DNA of 64,000 nt, from the NCBI GenBank assembly GCA_963842085.1, contig CAWJET010000002.1, positions 1,280,001 to 1,344,000 of the forward strand. The letters are read 5' to 3'. The position numbers and the translations under genes are program-made. Below, piece by piece: positions 31,810 through 41,405 of the stretch; position 1 is the stretch's first letter; every line of letters begins with the position of its first letter. The notes under the pieces are model-generated. The model was given only the letters and a program-made list of their open reading frames with translations. It was not told the DNA's origin and searched no databases. The stretch is from an uncultured delta proteobacterium. Lineage in GTDB: Bacteria; Desulfobacterota; Binatia; Binatales; Binataceae.

Positions 31810-32008
31810 TCACGACTCCGAATCTTCGTCACCCACGAACTCCTCAATAGGGATCCCGGAAGCGCGCGATAGACGAAGAGCGTGCTTGAGCAAGGTCACG
31901 CTGCGGCGATTAATCCACTTGTGAATGGCGGCATTTGATTCGACACGGCTCAGTTGGCGGCGCAGTCAGATCGAGTGCCGGATTCGTTATTTTCCCGGTT
32001 ACGCTCAT
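31810..32008 (-). pseudogene. Cro-like HTH pseudogene, paralog of 34312-34596
   Basis: SNAAIHKWINRRSVTLLKHALRLSRASGIPIEEFVG vs SRQSVYSWIREWRVERLTDALKLSEASGIPVKKFAG. Confidence 0.6.
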
Positions 32009-32110
32009 CGTATTTCTTACCGATGGCCGGAAGTTTTTCCGGCAGCGATTCTGCGAAGCCTGAGATCCGATGCTGCACCCAAGTGGCTTTGTTTTGTAAA
32101 TTTCGATCGG

Positions 32111-32539
32111 TCAGCCCGATTGCCTTCCTCCTATTGGTGATTTTCCGTCATCGGTTTTCCCGTTGAGGGCGGTCTCGTCGATGTCGGGTCGAGGGTCGTC
32201 AAGGTTGACGTTCATGTCCACAACCCCGGGAGCGGGGACATGCTCTCCGGCACGCTTGGCCTGCAATCGTTCCAGTTCGTGCCGCGTTCTCATCAACGAA
32301 CGGGAATGCGCAGCTTCGTGCCGCAAGAGGTCTGATAGCGGCTTAGAAGACTTTTCCAAGATGCGCGTGACATTGAAAGAAGAATCATCGAGTTCGGCCT
32401 GCGCGCGCGCGAGCCTCTGCTTGGCATCCTCGTGAGCTTGACGGTCGGAGGCTTCCACCTTTTTCTCTTCCACCGTCACCTGCATCCTCTTGCTCAAGGT
32501 CGATTCGTACTCCTTGACCGAATCCCCCGCTTGTCTCAC
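32111..32539 (-). pseudogene. C-terminal fragment paralogous to 32853-33530
   Basis: RHEAAHSRSLMRTRHELERLQAKRAGEHVPAP..DMNV vs RHEQALSREMLRNLHELERLQARRNGQFVPPP..DVNV. Confidence 0.75.
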
Positions 32540-32852
32540 GAGTAATTCTCGATGACCGCGTCTACTGCCCGGTCTTAAACGCTAAGTGCGGCCATGTGCT
32601 TCCCCCCTCTGGCATGGCGCTTCCGCCGATAACCATCGTTGCGGCGGCAACGCGCAGCCGGTGTTCTGCTTGTTCGTGGGATCAAGCATACGATTTTCGG
32701 GGGGGTCACAAGCCTCGATGCGAACGGAAACGCCCAGCGTTGACTCAGCGTCGGCCCGGCGACCGCGATGCTGGTCGACGTGTGGGGTTCTTTGCCCAGT
32801 CCTTTCAGTTTTCGCTCGCGGGTAACTCTGCCTCGGATCTCCGACGATGCAA

Positions 32853-33530
32853 TCATTCTTCAGCTTCAGGCGTTTCGGCCGACGCCCTTGCGGATTGATC
32901 GCTGACATCAACGTTCACGTCCAGTCTGACCGGGGGTGGTACAAATTGCCCGTTGCGCCTGGCCTGAAGACGCTCGAGCTCGTGAAGATTCCGGAGCATC
33001 TCTCGTGAAAGCGCCTGCTCGTGCCGTGCGAGGTTTACAAACGTGGTCGACTTTTCTTCGAGTACTCGAATCACTTCAAATAGTGGGATCCTGAGCTTGC
33101 TGCTCTCGCGGGCAAGCTCAGCCTGCGCTCGTTCTGTATCCTCAGGATCGGCCAAATCAACCGACCGGCCAGCCGCGCCTAACTTCAACTTTTCTACTTT
33201 TTTTTCGATCATGCAGACAACTACCTCCTGTTGACTCCGCGCATATTGCGCCGCCTCGAGGATCGGGATCCTTCTGAGCCGCCACATGTCGCCGATGATC
33301 TGGTCGACGAAGAATTCCTCCCGGGCCCCTTGCGGATTGAAATCGTCCTGAAGTGCACTTCGAAACTCTTCGTATTGGTCCGGACTCTCGTTTTGGAGGA
33401 CGATGTCTTTCGCCGTGAGTCCATGTTTGAGCGCGTTCAACCCTACGCGCGATTTCCCCTCCGCCGAACGTGGCCCCGTGCTCTGCAGCGCATTTCCGCG
33501 GTTTGCTTCGATCTGTCGGACGCTTGCCAT
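32853..33530 (-). CDS. Conserved hypothetical protein (QIEANR.NA..STGPRS.EGK..NALKHGL family)
   Basis: Recognisable N-terminal motif, GGGGAG RBS, own sigma-70 promoter. Confidence 0.8.
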   Translation of the reverse strand: MASVRQIEANRGNALQSTGPRSAEGKSRVGLNALKHGLTAKDIVLQNESPDQYEEFRSALQDDFNPQGAREEFFVDQIIGDMWRLRRIPILEAAQYARSQQEVVVCMIEKKVEKLKLGAAGRSVDLADPEDTERAQAELARESSKLRIPLFEVIRVLEEKSTTFVNLARHEQALSREMLRNLHELERLQARRNGQFVPPPVRLDVNVDVSDQSARASAETPEAEE

Positions 33531-33591
33531 TTTGCTTCTCCCCTTTGAAAGTTTTGACATCGGGCTGTTGCAAATTCCGATGCACTTGATT

Positions 33592-33620
33592 AATTTACCA
33601 CGGAATACGTCGTATGTCAA
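33592..33620 (-). promoter_or_regulatory. Sigma-70 promoter overlapping the repressor start codon
   Basis: TTGACA-17-TAAATT on -; contains the palindrome ATACG-T-CGTAT. Confidence 0.6.
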
Positions 33621-34288
33621 GGGACGAATTACATCGTAATCGGGGCAAAGGAAAGCAGCGCTCCTTCGCTGCTCGCTTCGCGGTGTTGGTCAAGGAGTTC
33701 GGCAGCCGGTACCGGCTGGCCAAGGTCTCGGGGGTGCCGGAGTCAACGCTGCAGCAGTATGCGGATCAACAACTTCCTCCCCGCAGCGACATCCTGATTA
33801 AGCTCGCGCGCGCCGCCAACGTGTCGATCGAGTGGCTGGCAACGGGCCAGGGTGAAATGAGAGCCGCCGGACTGCTGCCGGGCGCAACGTTTGCCGATGT
33901 GGTTATGGTCGAGCTGCGCGACGTCCACGCGGCGCTTCACATGGAACAGATTCGCGCATTTCTTCCATTGAGCCGTTGGTGGCTCGAGCATCGGCTCGGT
34001 GTCAGCGAGCCAAAGGAGCTGATGCTGCTCGAAGCGGACCAGGATCTGCCGCCGGAAATCAGGAAGATGGATCTGTTATTGGTGGACCGGTCAGCCGGCC
34101 ACAAGCTGCCGCGGGGTGAAGGTCTCTATGTTTTTTCCGTGCCCACGGGACTCGCCGTGAGGCGGGTCGAGGTTGGTCTCAAGCGAGGATTCGTGGTTAC
34201 CGGGCCGGGGATATCGGAAGAGGTAGGACCGATGGAGATTGATCGGTTGCTTGTTGGCAGGGTGATTTTTCGAGGGGAGAGAATGTAG
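33614..34288 (+). CDS. CI-like repressor (XRE HTH + degenerate S24 domain)
   Basis: LAKVSGVPESTLQQY, ANVSIEWLATGQG, PEIRKMDLLLVDRS..GLYVF, VGRVI. Confidence 0.85.
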   Translation: MSRDELHRNRGKGKQRSFAARFAVLVKEFGSRYRLAKVSGVPESTLQQYADQQLPPRSDILIKLARAANVSIEWLATGQGEMRAAGLLPGATFADVVMVELRDVHAALHMEQIRAFLPLSRWWLEHRLGVSEPKELMLLEADQDLPPEIRKMDLLLVDRSAGHKLPRGEGLYVFSVPTGLAVRRVEVGLKRGFVVTGPGISEEVGPMEIDRLLVGRVIFRGERM

Positions 34289-34311
34289 CGGAACTCACCC
34301 TAAGCAAGGAT

Positions 34312-34596
34312 TCAATCTCCTTCGCCGTTTTCATTTCTTTTCGGGGGCGGTTTCGAGCCGAGAGTTTGGCCTGCGAATTTTTTCACCGGAATACCTGATG
34401 CCTCTGACAACTTGAGTGCATCGGTGAGCCTTTCCACCCTCCATTCACGGATCCAGGAATAGACCGACTGACGGCTGACGCCACAAAGCCTTGACACCGC
34501 TGGTACGCCTCCCGCCAGCTCCACCGCCGCAGCAACCATGTTCGCCTGAGCCGCTCTTTGCTTTGCCGGTCGCGCTGAAGTTCTCCTCTTAGCCAT
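34312..34596 (-). CDS. Cro-like HTH regulator
   Basis: AVELAGG..AVSRLCGVSRQSVYSW...LSEASGIP. Confidence 0.8.
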   Translation of the reverse strand: MAKRRTSARPAKQRAAQANMVAAAVELAGGVPAVSRLCGVSRQSVYSWIREWRVERLTDALKLSEASGIPVKKFAGQTLGSKPPPKRNENGEGD

Positions 34597-34769
34597 CGCC
34601 GCAAGAGTGTAGGGCCCGCTGTTTCGTCACGTCAATTGAACGGTTCTCCCAAAAGAGACTCAGTGGTCTTAAAATTAACTGGACAATCGTGATTTGTTCT
34701 TTTTCCTTAATATTAGATATAATTCCGAAGCCACAGGGCGAAGGACACTCTCAATTGTGTAAATTAAAC

Positions 34770-34798
34770 TTGACAAACTGCCCAACGGAGACCATAAT
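34770..34798 (+). promoter_or_regulatory. Near-consensus sigma-70 promoter of the recombination/replication operon
   Basis: TTGACA-17-CATAAT. Confidence 0.75.
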
Positions 34799-34921
34799 TT
34801 TAGGATGGATGGTGACAGTTCGAGGCGAGGTGGAAATCGCGTTGCTCCAGACAACAACAGCGGACTTCAAGGAAGAACGAATTACGTGAATCGAAATAGA
34901 CAATCACTGAGGTGGCAAACG

Positions 34922-36040
34922 ATGAAAGCAATTCTCGGATGCAGAGACGATTTTCTTTACGTCGTCGAAGAAGAAGACGTTGCGACCGGATCAGAGAAGA
35001 AGTGGCTTCGGGTCCGCATGGCGGACTGCGCCGAAGCCCAAACCCTCGAGGGCCGACCGGTCACGAGCGTGAATCAACAGGAGGGCATTTACGTGGACGA
35101 AGAAGGAAACGTGTATCAACTGGCAGACAAGGGCGAGACGAAGCCGATCGCAATCGAGCATCTCCCTGGAACGGAGAAAACCGAGCTCGAGGTACTACTG
35201 GAAGCTTCGCTGAAGGGAGGGAGGGCGAACGGAAAGAACGGCGGCGCCAAGCGCCTCTTGAAAAAGAATCGAAGCAGCGGTCGTGAGCAGCAAGAGTTGC
35301 AGATGGTAACCGCAAAGCCCGAGCCGCGCCCGGCCGAGGCACCTGCTGCGGTCGAGACCAGCGCCCCAACTTCCAATTTTGCGGCTACCGAAGCTCACGC
35401 CCAGTTGAATCTCCGACAGAAGCTCGCCGAAGTTCGCCGTCGCATCGGCTACATCCAGAAGCGCGGCCACAACGAGCGTCAGAACTACAGCTACGTCACC
35501 GCCGCCGATATCGCCGGCTCGGTCGGTGACATACTCGCCGAATTAGGGGTAGTCGTGATCCCCCGACTCGAAGACATCTCCTACGAATCGGCGGCGGGCC
35601 GTGGAGAAGCCACCCGGATGGCGCGAGTGGTAATGGCCTACACCTTCGCCGACGTCGACAGCGGCGAAGAGATCATCGCGAAGGTTGCGGGCCAGGGGCT
35701 CGATCCCGGCGACAAGGCGCCATACAAGGCGATGACCGGGGCATTGAAGTACGCGTTGCTGCAGTCCTTCCTGCTCGCCACTGGCGACGATCCCGAAGAT
35801 GAACGGGCTGACGGTCGTTACTCGGCAGGAAATCCAGAACGCCTGGTCAGCGCCGATCAAGTTCGCGAACTCCAGAAACTGATCGACGATACCGGAACCG
35901 AGCTCGAACGGGTGCTCACGTACTACAAGGTCGCGTCCCTCTCCGAATTGACCGAGACCGCCTACCGGCGCGCGCTCGAAGTGCTGAATCGCAAACTAGC
36001 CAGGCGCGGCAATCAGGAGACCGCCCATGCCCAGGATTGA
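34922..36040 (+). CDS. ERF-family single-strand annealing protein with N-terminal extension
   Basis: IQKRGHN..QNYSYV, GQGLDPGDKAPYKAMTGALKYALLQSFLLATGDDPE; GAGGTG RBS. Confidence 0.88.
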   Translation: MKAILGCRDDFLYVVEEEDVATGSEKKWLRVRMADCAEAQTLEGRPVTSVNQQEGIYVDEEGNVYQLADKGETKPIAIEHLPGTEKTELEVLLEASLKGGRANGKNGGAKRLLKKNRSSGREQQELQMVTAKPEPRPAEAPAAVETSAPTSNFAATEAHAQLNLRQKLAEVRRRIGYIQKRGHNERQNYSYVTAADIAGSVGDILAELGVVVIPRLEDISYESAAGRGEATRMARVVMAYTFADVDSGEEIIAKVAGQGLDPGDKAPYKAMTGALKYALLQSFLLATGDDPEDERADGRYSAGNPERLVSADQVRELQKLIDDTGTELERVLTYYKVASLSELTETAYRRALEVLNRKLARRGNQETAHAQD

Positions 36041-36905
36041 GCGGCTGCATCAGAACACTCCCGAATGGCACCGCTGGCGCAGGCAAGGGATCGGGGCCAG
36101 CGATGCTCCGGTGATCATGGGCGAGACCGCCTTCAAGAGCCCAAGAACGCTCTGGTCGATAAAAACCGGGCGTACGCAGGAAGCTGCGGCGGGTCCGGCA
36201 GCGCGACGCGGCCGCGAACTGGAGCTTTTCGCCCGTAGGGCGTACGAGCGCCAAACCGGAATCCAGGTGGAGCCACTGTGCCTGGTCCACCAGGAGTTCG
36301 AGTGGATGCGGGCGTCGTTGGACGGGCTTAGCTTCGACGGCTCCACGCTCGTGGAGATCAAATGCCCGCTCAGCCCGCGCGATCGCACAGCAGCAGAGCA
36401 AGGTCGCATCCCTTCCCAGTACCATGCGCAGCTGCAGCATCAACTGGAGGTCTCCGGTGCAGCGCAGGCGCACTACTGGTCTTTCCACGGGACCGACGGA
36501 GTCCTGGTCGAAATACGTCCCGACCGGGAATACGCCAAGCGGCTGGTAGAGGCAGAGGCCGCGTTCTGGCAGCTGGTGCAGGAAAACCGCTGGCCCGAAT
36601 CGGCCGACGAGGAACTGGACCTGAGCGCGGAGCCAAAATGGCGTCACGCCGCGCTCCGCTACCGTGAAGTCAGGCTCCAGCTGGAACACGCAGCGGCCGA
36701 AGAGCACAGGCTGCGCGCAACGCTTGCGTGTATGGCGACCGCGCGGCGGACCTACGGCTGTGGCGTCGAAGTATTGAAGAGCTCGCGCAAGGGCGCGGTC
36801 GATTACTCGGCGGTGCCGGAGCTCCGCGGGGTCAACCTCGAACCCTACCGTAAACCGCCGGTGGCGGTTGTGAAGATCAACTTCATCGAGCCCAACCGGC
36901 AATAG
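36027..36905 (+). CDS. YqaJ/lambda-exonuclease family recombinase
   Basis: QNTPEWHRWRRQGIGASD, RASLDG, VEIKCP, YHAQLQHQL. Confidence 0.92.
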   Translation: MPRIERLHQNTPEWHRWRRQGIGASDAPVIMGETAFKSPRTLWSIKTGRTQEAAAGPAARRGRELELFARRAYERQTGIQVEPLCLVHQEFEWMRASLDGLSFDGSTLVEIKCPLSPRDRTAAEQGRIPSQYHAQLQHQLEVSGAAQAHYWSFHGTDGVLVEIRPDREYAKRLVEAEAAFWQLVQENRWPESADEELDLSAEPKWRHAALRYREVRLQLEHAAAEEHRLRATLACMATARRTYGCGVEVLKSSRKGAVDYSAVPELRGVNLEPYRKPPVAVVKINFIEPNRQ

Positions 36906-36911
36906 ACCGTC

Positions 36912-37409
36912 ATGCAGGAATTTTTCGGCTTTCGCAATTTCCGTCAGTTCGAGCGCACCCGCCGAGAGCTCAAGCTGCCCTACGAGCTGCTGAACGACCT
37001 CCGGTTCCGTCAGCTGCCCGATGCCCGCAAGGCCCACCTGCTCTGCCTGCTGCTGCTCTCGGCGCGCATGAACAATCTGCTGCCCAACAGTCCGGTCAAG
37101 CTGGAGCGGCTGATCGGGGCGACCGAGCCCTTGGACTTAAGCGCCTTCGCCTACTTCGTCGACTTTGCCGTGGTGGAACAGCCGAGCTGGCAGGACCGCC
37201 TTGCCAACCGGCGGGTGCCCGATGGCATGCGGGCAGCGGTGCTGGTGCGCGACGGCGGACGCTGTCGAAGATGCCGTAGGGCGATCCAGCTGGAAATGGA
37301 TCACATCGTTCCGGTCAGCAAGGGCGGCAAGACCGAGGAAGCGAACCTTCAGACGCTCTGCCGGCGCTGCAACCGGGCCAAGTCCAAAAAGCTGGCTCCC
37401 AGGTTCTGA
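36912..37409 (+). CDS. HNH endonuclease with phage replication-initiator-like N-terminus
   Basis: RDGGRCRRC..DHIVPVSKGG..NLQTLCRRCN; N-terminus KLPYELLND..F..LPD..KAHLLCLLLLS. Confidence 0.85.
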   Translation: MQEFFGFRNFRQFERTRRELKLPYELLNDLRFRQLPDARKAHLLCLLLLSARMNNLLPNSPVKLERLIGATEPLDLSAFAYFVDFAVVEQPSWQDRLANRRVPDGMRAAVLVRDGGRCRRCRRAIQLEMDHIVPVSKGGKTEEANLQTLCRRCNRAKSKKLAPRF

Positions 37410-37412
37410 AAG

Positions 37413-39149
37413 ATGGGTGCGGCAGGCGAATCATCCCGCAGCGTCGCGGTCGAGTTGGCGCTGCTGTTCCTGCGCGAACTCGAGCCAACGGTCGCAGAAG
37501 ATCCGGAGCGGTTGGTCTCGACTGAGGCGGTGCTTTCCTTTGCCGCGGTCAGGCGAGGCGATCCGCTCACTTGGCAACACTGGCGCAGGATTCTCGAGAA
37601 GTACGAAAAGGCGGACTTGCTCGAGCACATGCTCGGCGGTCCAGTGCCCACGGAAACCGGCGACGGCAGCTCCGCCGCGGACAGATTGATCGGGATGGTG
37701 CTCGATTCTGGAATCGAGTTCTTTCACGATCCTGACCAGCACGGCTGGGCTTGCGTTCGGGTCGATGGGCACTTCGAGAATCATCCCGTCCGCTCCCGCC
37801 CGTTCCAGCTCTTCCTGCTGCGGACCTATTACCGGGAGACAGGCAACAGCCCGGGCGCCCAAGCCATCCGCGCCACGCTGGAGCTGTTCGAAGCCAAAGC
37901 CCTGTTCGACGGTGAGGAATCACCCATCAATCTTCGGGTCGCAAGTCACCGCGGCAAGCTTTATCTCGACCTATGCGACCGCGCCTGGCGGGCCGTTGAG
38001 ATCGATGCCGAAGGGTGGCAGATAGTAAATCGACCGCCGCCAAGATTTCATCGCACCCGCGGCTCCCGTCCGCTGCCCGCACCCGAGCGCGGCGGCGCTG
38101 TTGACGAACTGCGCCGCTTCCTGAACGTCGACCAACAGGGCTGGACGCTGATCAAGGCCTTCCTGGTCGCGGCGCTACGTCCCGGTGTGCCCTGTCCTAT
38201 CCTGATCGCCAAGGGTGAGCAGGGAGCGGGCAAGACCACTGCATGCAGAATCATCAGCGCGCTGATCGACCCGCGCACCGGGGCACTGCGGGGCGTCCCC
38301 CGTGAAGTTCGCGATCTGACGGCGGCGGCCAGAAACTCCTGGCTCGTATGCTTCGATAACCTGAGCCACCTGCCAGAGGAACTTGCCGATGCAGCCTGCC
38401 GACTAGCCACCGGCGGCGGCTTCGGTGGCCGGGAGCTCTATAGCGATCATGACGAAGCGATCTTCGACGCTATCCGGCCCATCGTGTTCAATGCGATTCC
38501 CGACCTAGGGGGCGCGCGGCCCGACTTTCTCGATCGCGCAGTGATTGTGGAGTTGCTTGACATGAAGCCCGAGCTGCGCCGCGACGAGACGCGGTTCTGG
38601 CACGAATTCGAAGAGGTACGACCGCGCATCCTCGGTGCGCTGCTCGATGCCGTTGTGACCGGACTCGGGAACCTGCCGGCTGTCACGCTCGAGCAACCGC
38701 CGCGGATGGCCGACTTCGCTATCTGGGTAAAGGCTTGCGAGGAAAGCCTCGGCATGAAACCAGGAGAGGCCCTGGCTACCTACCAGTCCAACCGCACCGA
38801 GACGCACAATCTGGCACTTGAGTCCTCGCCGCTGTACGAACCGGTTGCCCTACTGGCCCGCGAGGGCTTTACTGGGACGGTCGCAGAACTGCATTCACGG
38901 CTCAACTTCATGATGAGCGAAAGTATGCGCCGCTCGGTACGCTGGCCCAAGGCGCCCAATGCGCTGAGCAACGCGCTGCGCCGCATGGCCAGCAACCTCC
39001 GCGCTGTCGGAGTCGAGATCCAGTTCAGCCGCGCCGATATCCGCGGTAGGCGCCTGGTATCCCTGGTCTCTGTTTCCGAGCCTCGGAAAAGATCGTCAGT
39101 GATCGTCAGTGACCGTCAGTACGAGTGCCCGCTTCTCAGCCCGTTTTGA
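37413..39149 (+). CDS. Mobile-element replicative helicase-like P-loop ATPase (no primase domain seen)
   Basis: Walker A GEQGAGKTT, Walker B VCFDNLS, RELYSD, RPDFLDR, PRMADF. Confidence 0.8.
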   Translation: MGAAGESSRSVAVELALLFLRELEPTVAEDPERLVSTEAVLSFAAVRRGDPLTWQHWRRILEKYEKADLLEHMLGGPVPTETGDGSSAADRLIGMVLDSGIEFFHDPDQHGWACVRVDGHFENHPVRSRPFQLFLLRTYYRETGNSPGAQAIRATLELFEAKALFDGEESPINLRVASHRGKLYLDLCDRAWRAVEIDAEGWQIVNRPPPRFHRTRGSRPLPAPERGGAVDELRRFLNVDQQGWTLIKAFLVAALRPGVPCPILIAKGEQGAGKTTACRIISALIDPRTGALRGVPREVRDLTAAARNSWLVCFDNLSHLPEELADAACRLATGGGFGGRELYSDHDEAIFDAIRPIVFNAIPDLGGARPDFLDRAVIVELLDMKPELRRDETRFWHEFEEVRPRILGALLDAVVTGLGNLPAVTLEQPPRMADFAIWVKACEESLGMKPGEALATYQSNRTETHNLALESSPLYEPVALLAREGFTGTVAELHSRLNFMMSESMRRSVRWPKAPNALSNALRRMASNLRAVGVEIQFSRADIRGRRLVSLVSVSEPRKRSSVIVSDRQYECPLLSPF

Positions 39150-39244
39150 CCGGGATTTCATCGGAAAATATTGGAAACACGCAGCGATTAGGCGATGGTC
39201 GTTCGTGACTATTACCCACTGACGATCACTGACGATCTTTTCCG
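39084..39244. repeat. Inverted iteron array, putative replication origin
   Basis: Perfect 27-bp IR (39084-39110 / 39218-39244) built from the 10-mer GATCGTCAGT: three copies on the left (one variant), two inverted on the right. Confidence 0.8.
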
Positions 39245-39614
39245 GGTTTCAAGAAATCGCCGAGCCCAATCTGCCGGAGGCTCTTTTGCCTTTTAAGCGG
39301 TCAAAGTTGCGGTCTCGGCGATCCACCGCCGCGATTCTGGATCGGTGAGCAGCTGGACGCCCAGAGGGGAAACGGCCAAGGGCTACGAGCTCAGCGTCGC
39401 TGCGCGACCTGCTCTCCCAGCACTCTACCAATGCGGACCCGTCACAGGCGTCACACTCCAACAGCTTGAACGGATTCATGCAAATCTGCGATGCGTCTCA
39501 AGTAGCGGATGTCACGCGCCCGGATTGAAGGAATGGTCCAGCGGCAATCATCAACGCATGGTCAACGTAACTCCGAAAGCTGGAGAAGACCAATCCCAGC
39601 CAGCGTGACGAAGA

Positions 39615-41405
39615 TCACGCGGCTAGTTCTTGAGCCTCGCGCATCGCGCGGAACCGACCTGTTGGCCGCGCAGACAGCGCGTCCCAGTCGCCGGATTCGA
39701 CGACCCTGCCGTCTTCAATCACGTAGATTAGATCCGCCCACCTAACGGTTGCGATGCGATGAGCGATGAGGATGGTGGTGGTTCCTGCGCCTAGCTTTTC
39801 AAGCGCACTGAGAACGCGAGCCTCGCTCGCGGAATCGAGGTTGTTGGTTGCCTCGTCGAGTACCAAAAGCCGCGGACGCCTCAGTATCGCACGGGCAAGC
39901 GCTATCCTTTGCCGTTCGCCCTGCGATAATGCCACGCCCCTATCGCCGATGACCGTATCGAGCCCCATTGGGAGCGCCGCCAAGAAGTCGTCAGCCGCCG
40001 CGATCGAAAGTGCTTCTCGAATGTCCGTTTCACTCGCACCCGCTCGCGCCCATTCAACGTTGGCGCGAAGCGTGTCGTGGAAGAGAAACGTATCCGGCGC
40101 AACGTAGCCCACACACTCGCGCCATCGGCGCGCCTCCACGGGTGTCAACTCAGCTCCGTCGATCCTGATGAAACCCTCGTCGGGCGCGATCAACCCCATA
40201 GCTAGATCCGCCAACGTGCTCTTTCCGGCTCCCGATGGACCGACCAGCGCGACGACGGTACCGGCGGGAATGACCAGCTCGGCGCGATATACGGCTGGCG
40301 CCCGGTCGCGGCTGTACGAGAACGAGACGCGATCGAAGCGGATCTCGCGGCGCAGATCCGGCGCCGGCGCGTTCGGTATCCCCGGTTCGGCCGCCGCGGC
40401 GCATCGCTGCTCCAAGGCGATCAAGTTTCCAAAAGAAGGTAGGAGACCAGCGGCCGATCGCAATTGCTGATGACCAGACATCAACCGCGGCATGACGCGC
40501 GCGAACAGCACTAGCAGGATCAGAATTGCGGCGGGCGGAACCGAGAGCACCCGGATCGCCGCGTAGAGCACCGCGCCCATGATCGCGGCCGAGCCTAGCT
40601 CGAACCACGCCGTAGCCGCGGCCTGCGCACCGATCGCCGCAAGGTCGGCAGCCATGAGTGCGCGGCTTGAGCGGGCGAAGATCGAGAAGTTGCGCTCTTC
40701 AGCTCCGCAAGCTTTTGCTGTCTTCAGGCTGTGTAGATGTTCGATCGTCACTGCATATAGCGAGCCCCTGAAATCGGACTGTCTCTGGCCCGCTTGTTCA
40801 ATCGCGCGAGTGCGCCCGCGGAGCGCGATTGCGAGCACCGCAGCGCAGCTCAACACCAGCAGCGTCATCGCAGCCGAGAGCCGAAGCGCGAGCGCGCAAT
40901 ACACAGCGGTCAACACGATATTTGCCGCAACAAGCATGATGTCGTAGGCTGCCTCTCTTACGCGATCGAGTTCGCCGGTCAGCGCATGGGTGAAATCCGA
41001 TGCTCGGCTGCGGCAGATGAACAGCCAGTTAGCGTTCGTGATCGCGCGGTAGAGCCGCAGCCGCATCTCGAGCACGAACTGTTGCTGGACCGCGTACATA
41101 GCCAAGCTCTGCAGCCGACCGACGATCGTTCGCAGCGCAATCAACACGACCAACATGGCGAGCAGAATCTCAAGTGACGGTGTGATCCCCACAGCAGAAA
41201 ATGCGCGTTCGATCGTGCGCGCGTAGCGGCCCGCTGAACCCTGCCCTGCAAGATCGAGCCCCGCGGCTTGCAGGGTTGGCAGCAGGAGCAGGATGCCAAG
41301 GCCTTCGGTCATCGAGAACGCGACCATAAGCGCCACGGCCGCGGTAAGGCGCCACCCGGCGGACCTGGCGAGCTCGCGCACAAACCTGAGCGCCGCGCGG
41401 TTCAT
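39615..41405 (-). CDS. ABC exporter (TMD+NBD), lasso D-type
   Basis: TM domain, GPSGAGKST, LSQGERQR, LVLDEAT; ATGA overlap with the upstream gene. Confidence 0.93.
   Translation of the reverse strand: MNRAALRFVRELARSAGWRLTAAVALMVAFSMTEGLGILLLLPTLQAAGLDLAGQGSAGRYARTIERAFSAVGITPSLEILLAMLVVLIALRTIVGRLQSLAMYAVQQQFVLEMRLRLYRAITNANWLFICRSRASDFTHALTGELDRVREAAYDIMLVAANIVLTAVYCALALRLSAAMTLLVLSCAAVLAIALRGRTRAIEQAGQRQSDFRGSLYAVTIEHLHSLKTAKACGAEERNFSIFARSSRALMAADLAAIGAQAAATAWFELGSAAIMGAVLYAAIRVLSVPPAAILILLVLFARVMPRLMSGHQQLRSAAGLLPSFGNLIALEQRCAAAAEPGIPNAPAPDLRREIRFDRVSFSYSRDRAPAVYRAELVIPAGTVVALVGPSGAGKSTLADLAMGLIAPDEGFIRIDGAELTPVEARRWRECVGYVAPDTFLFHDTLRANVEWARAGASETDIREALSIAAADDFLAALPMGLDTVIGDRGVALSQGERQRIALARAILRRPRLLVLDEATNNLDSASEARVLSALEKLGAGTTTILIAHRIATVRWADLIYVIEDGRVVESGDWDALSARPTGRFRAMREAQELAA

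Noticed and set aside
36912-39149. HNH + ATPase anti-phage defence pair (Septu-like)
   Set aside because: The ATPase looks like a replicative helicase followed by iterons, and both genes lie in an ERF/YqaJ operon.
32853-39244. Complete prophage
   Set aside because: No structural, lysis, large terminase or integrase genes in the window.
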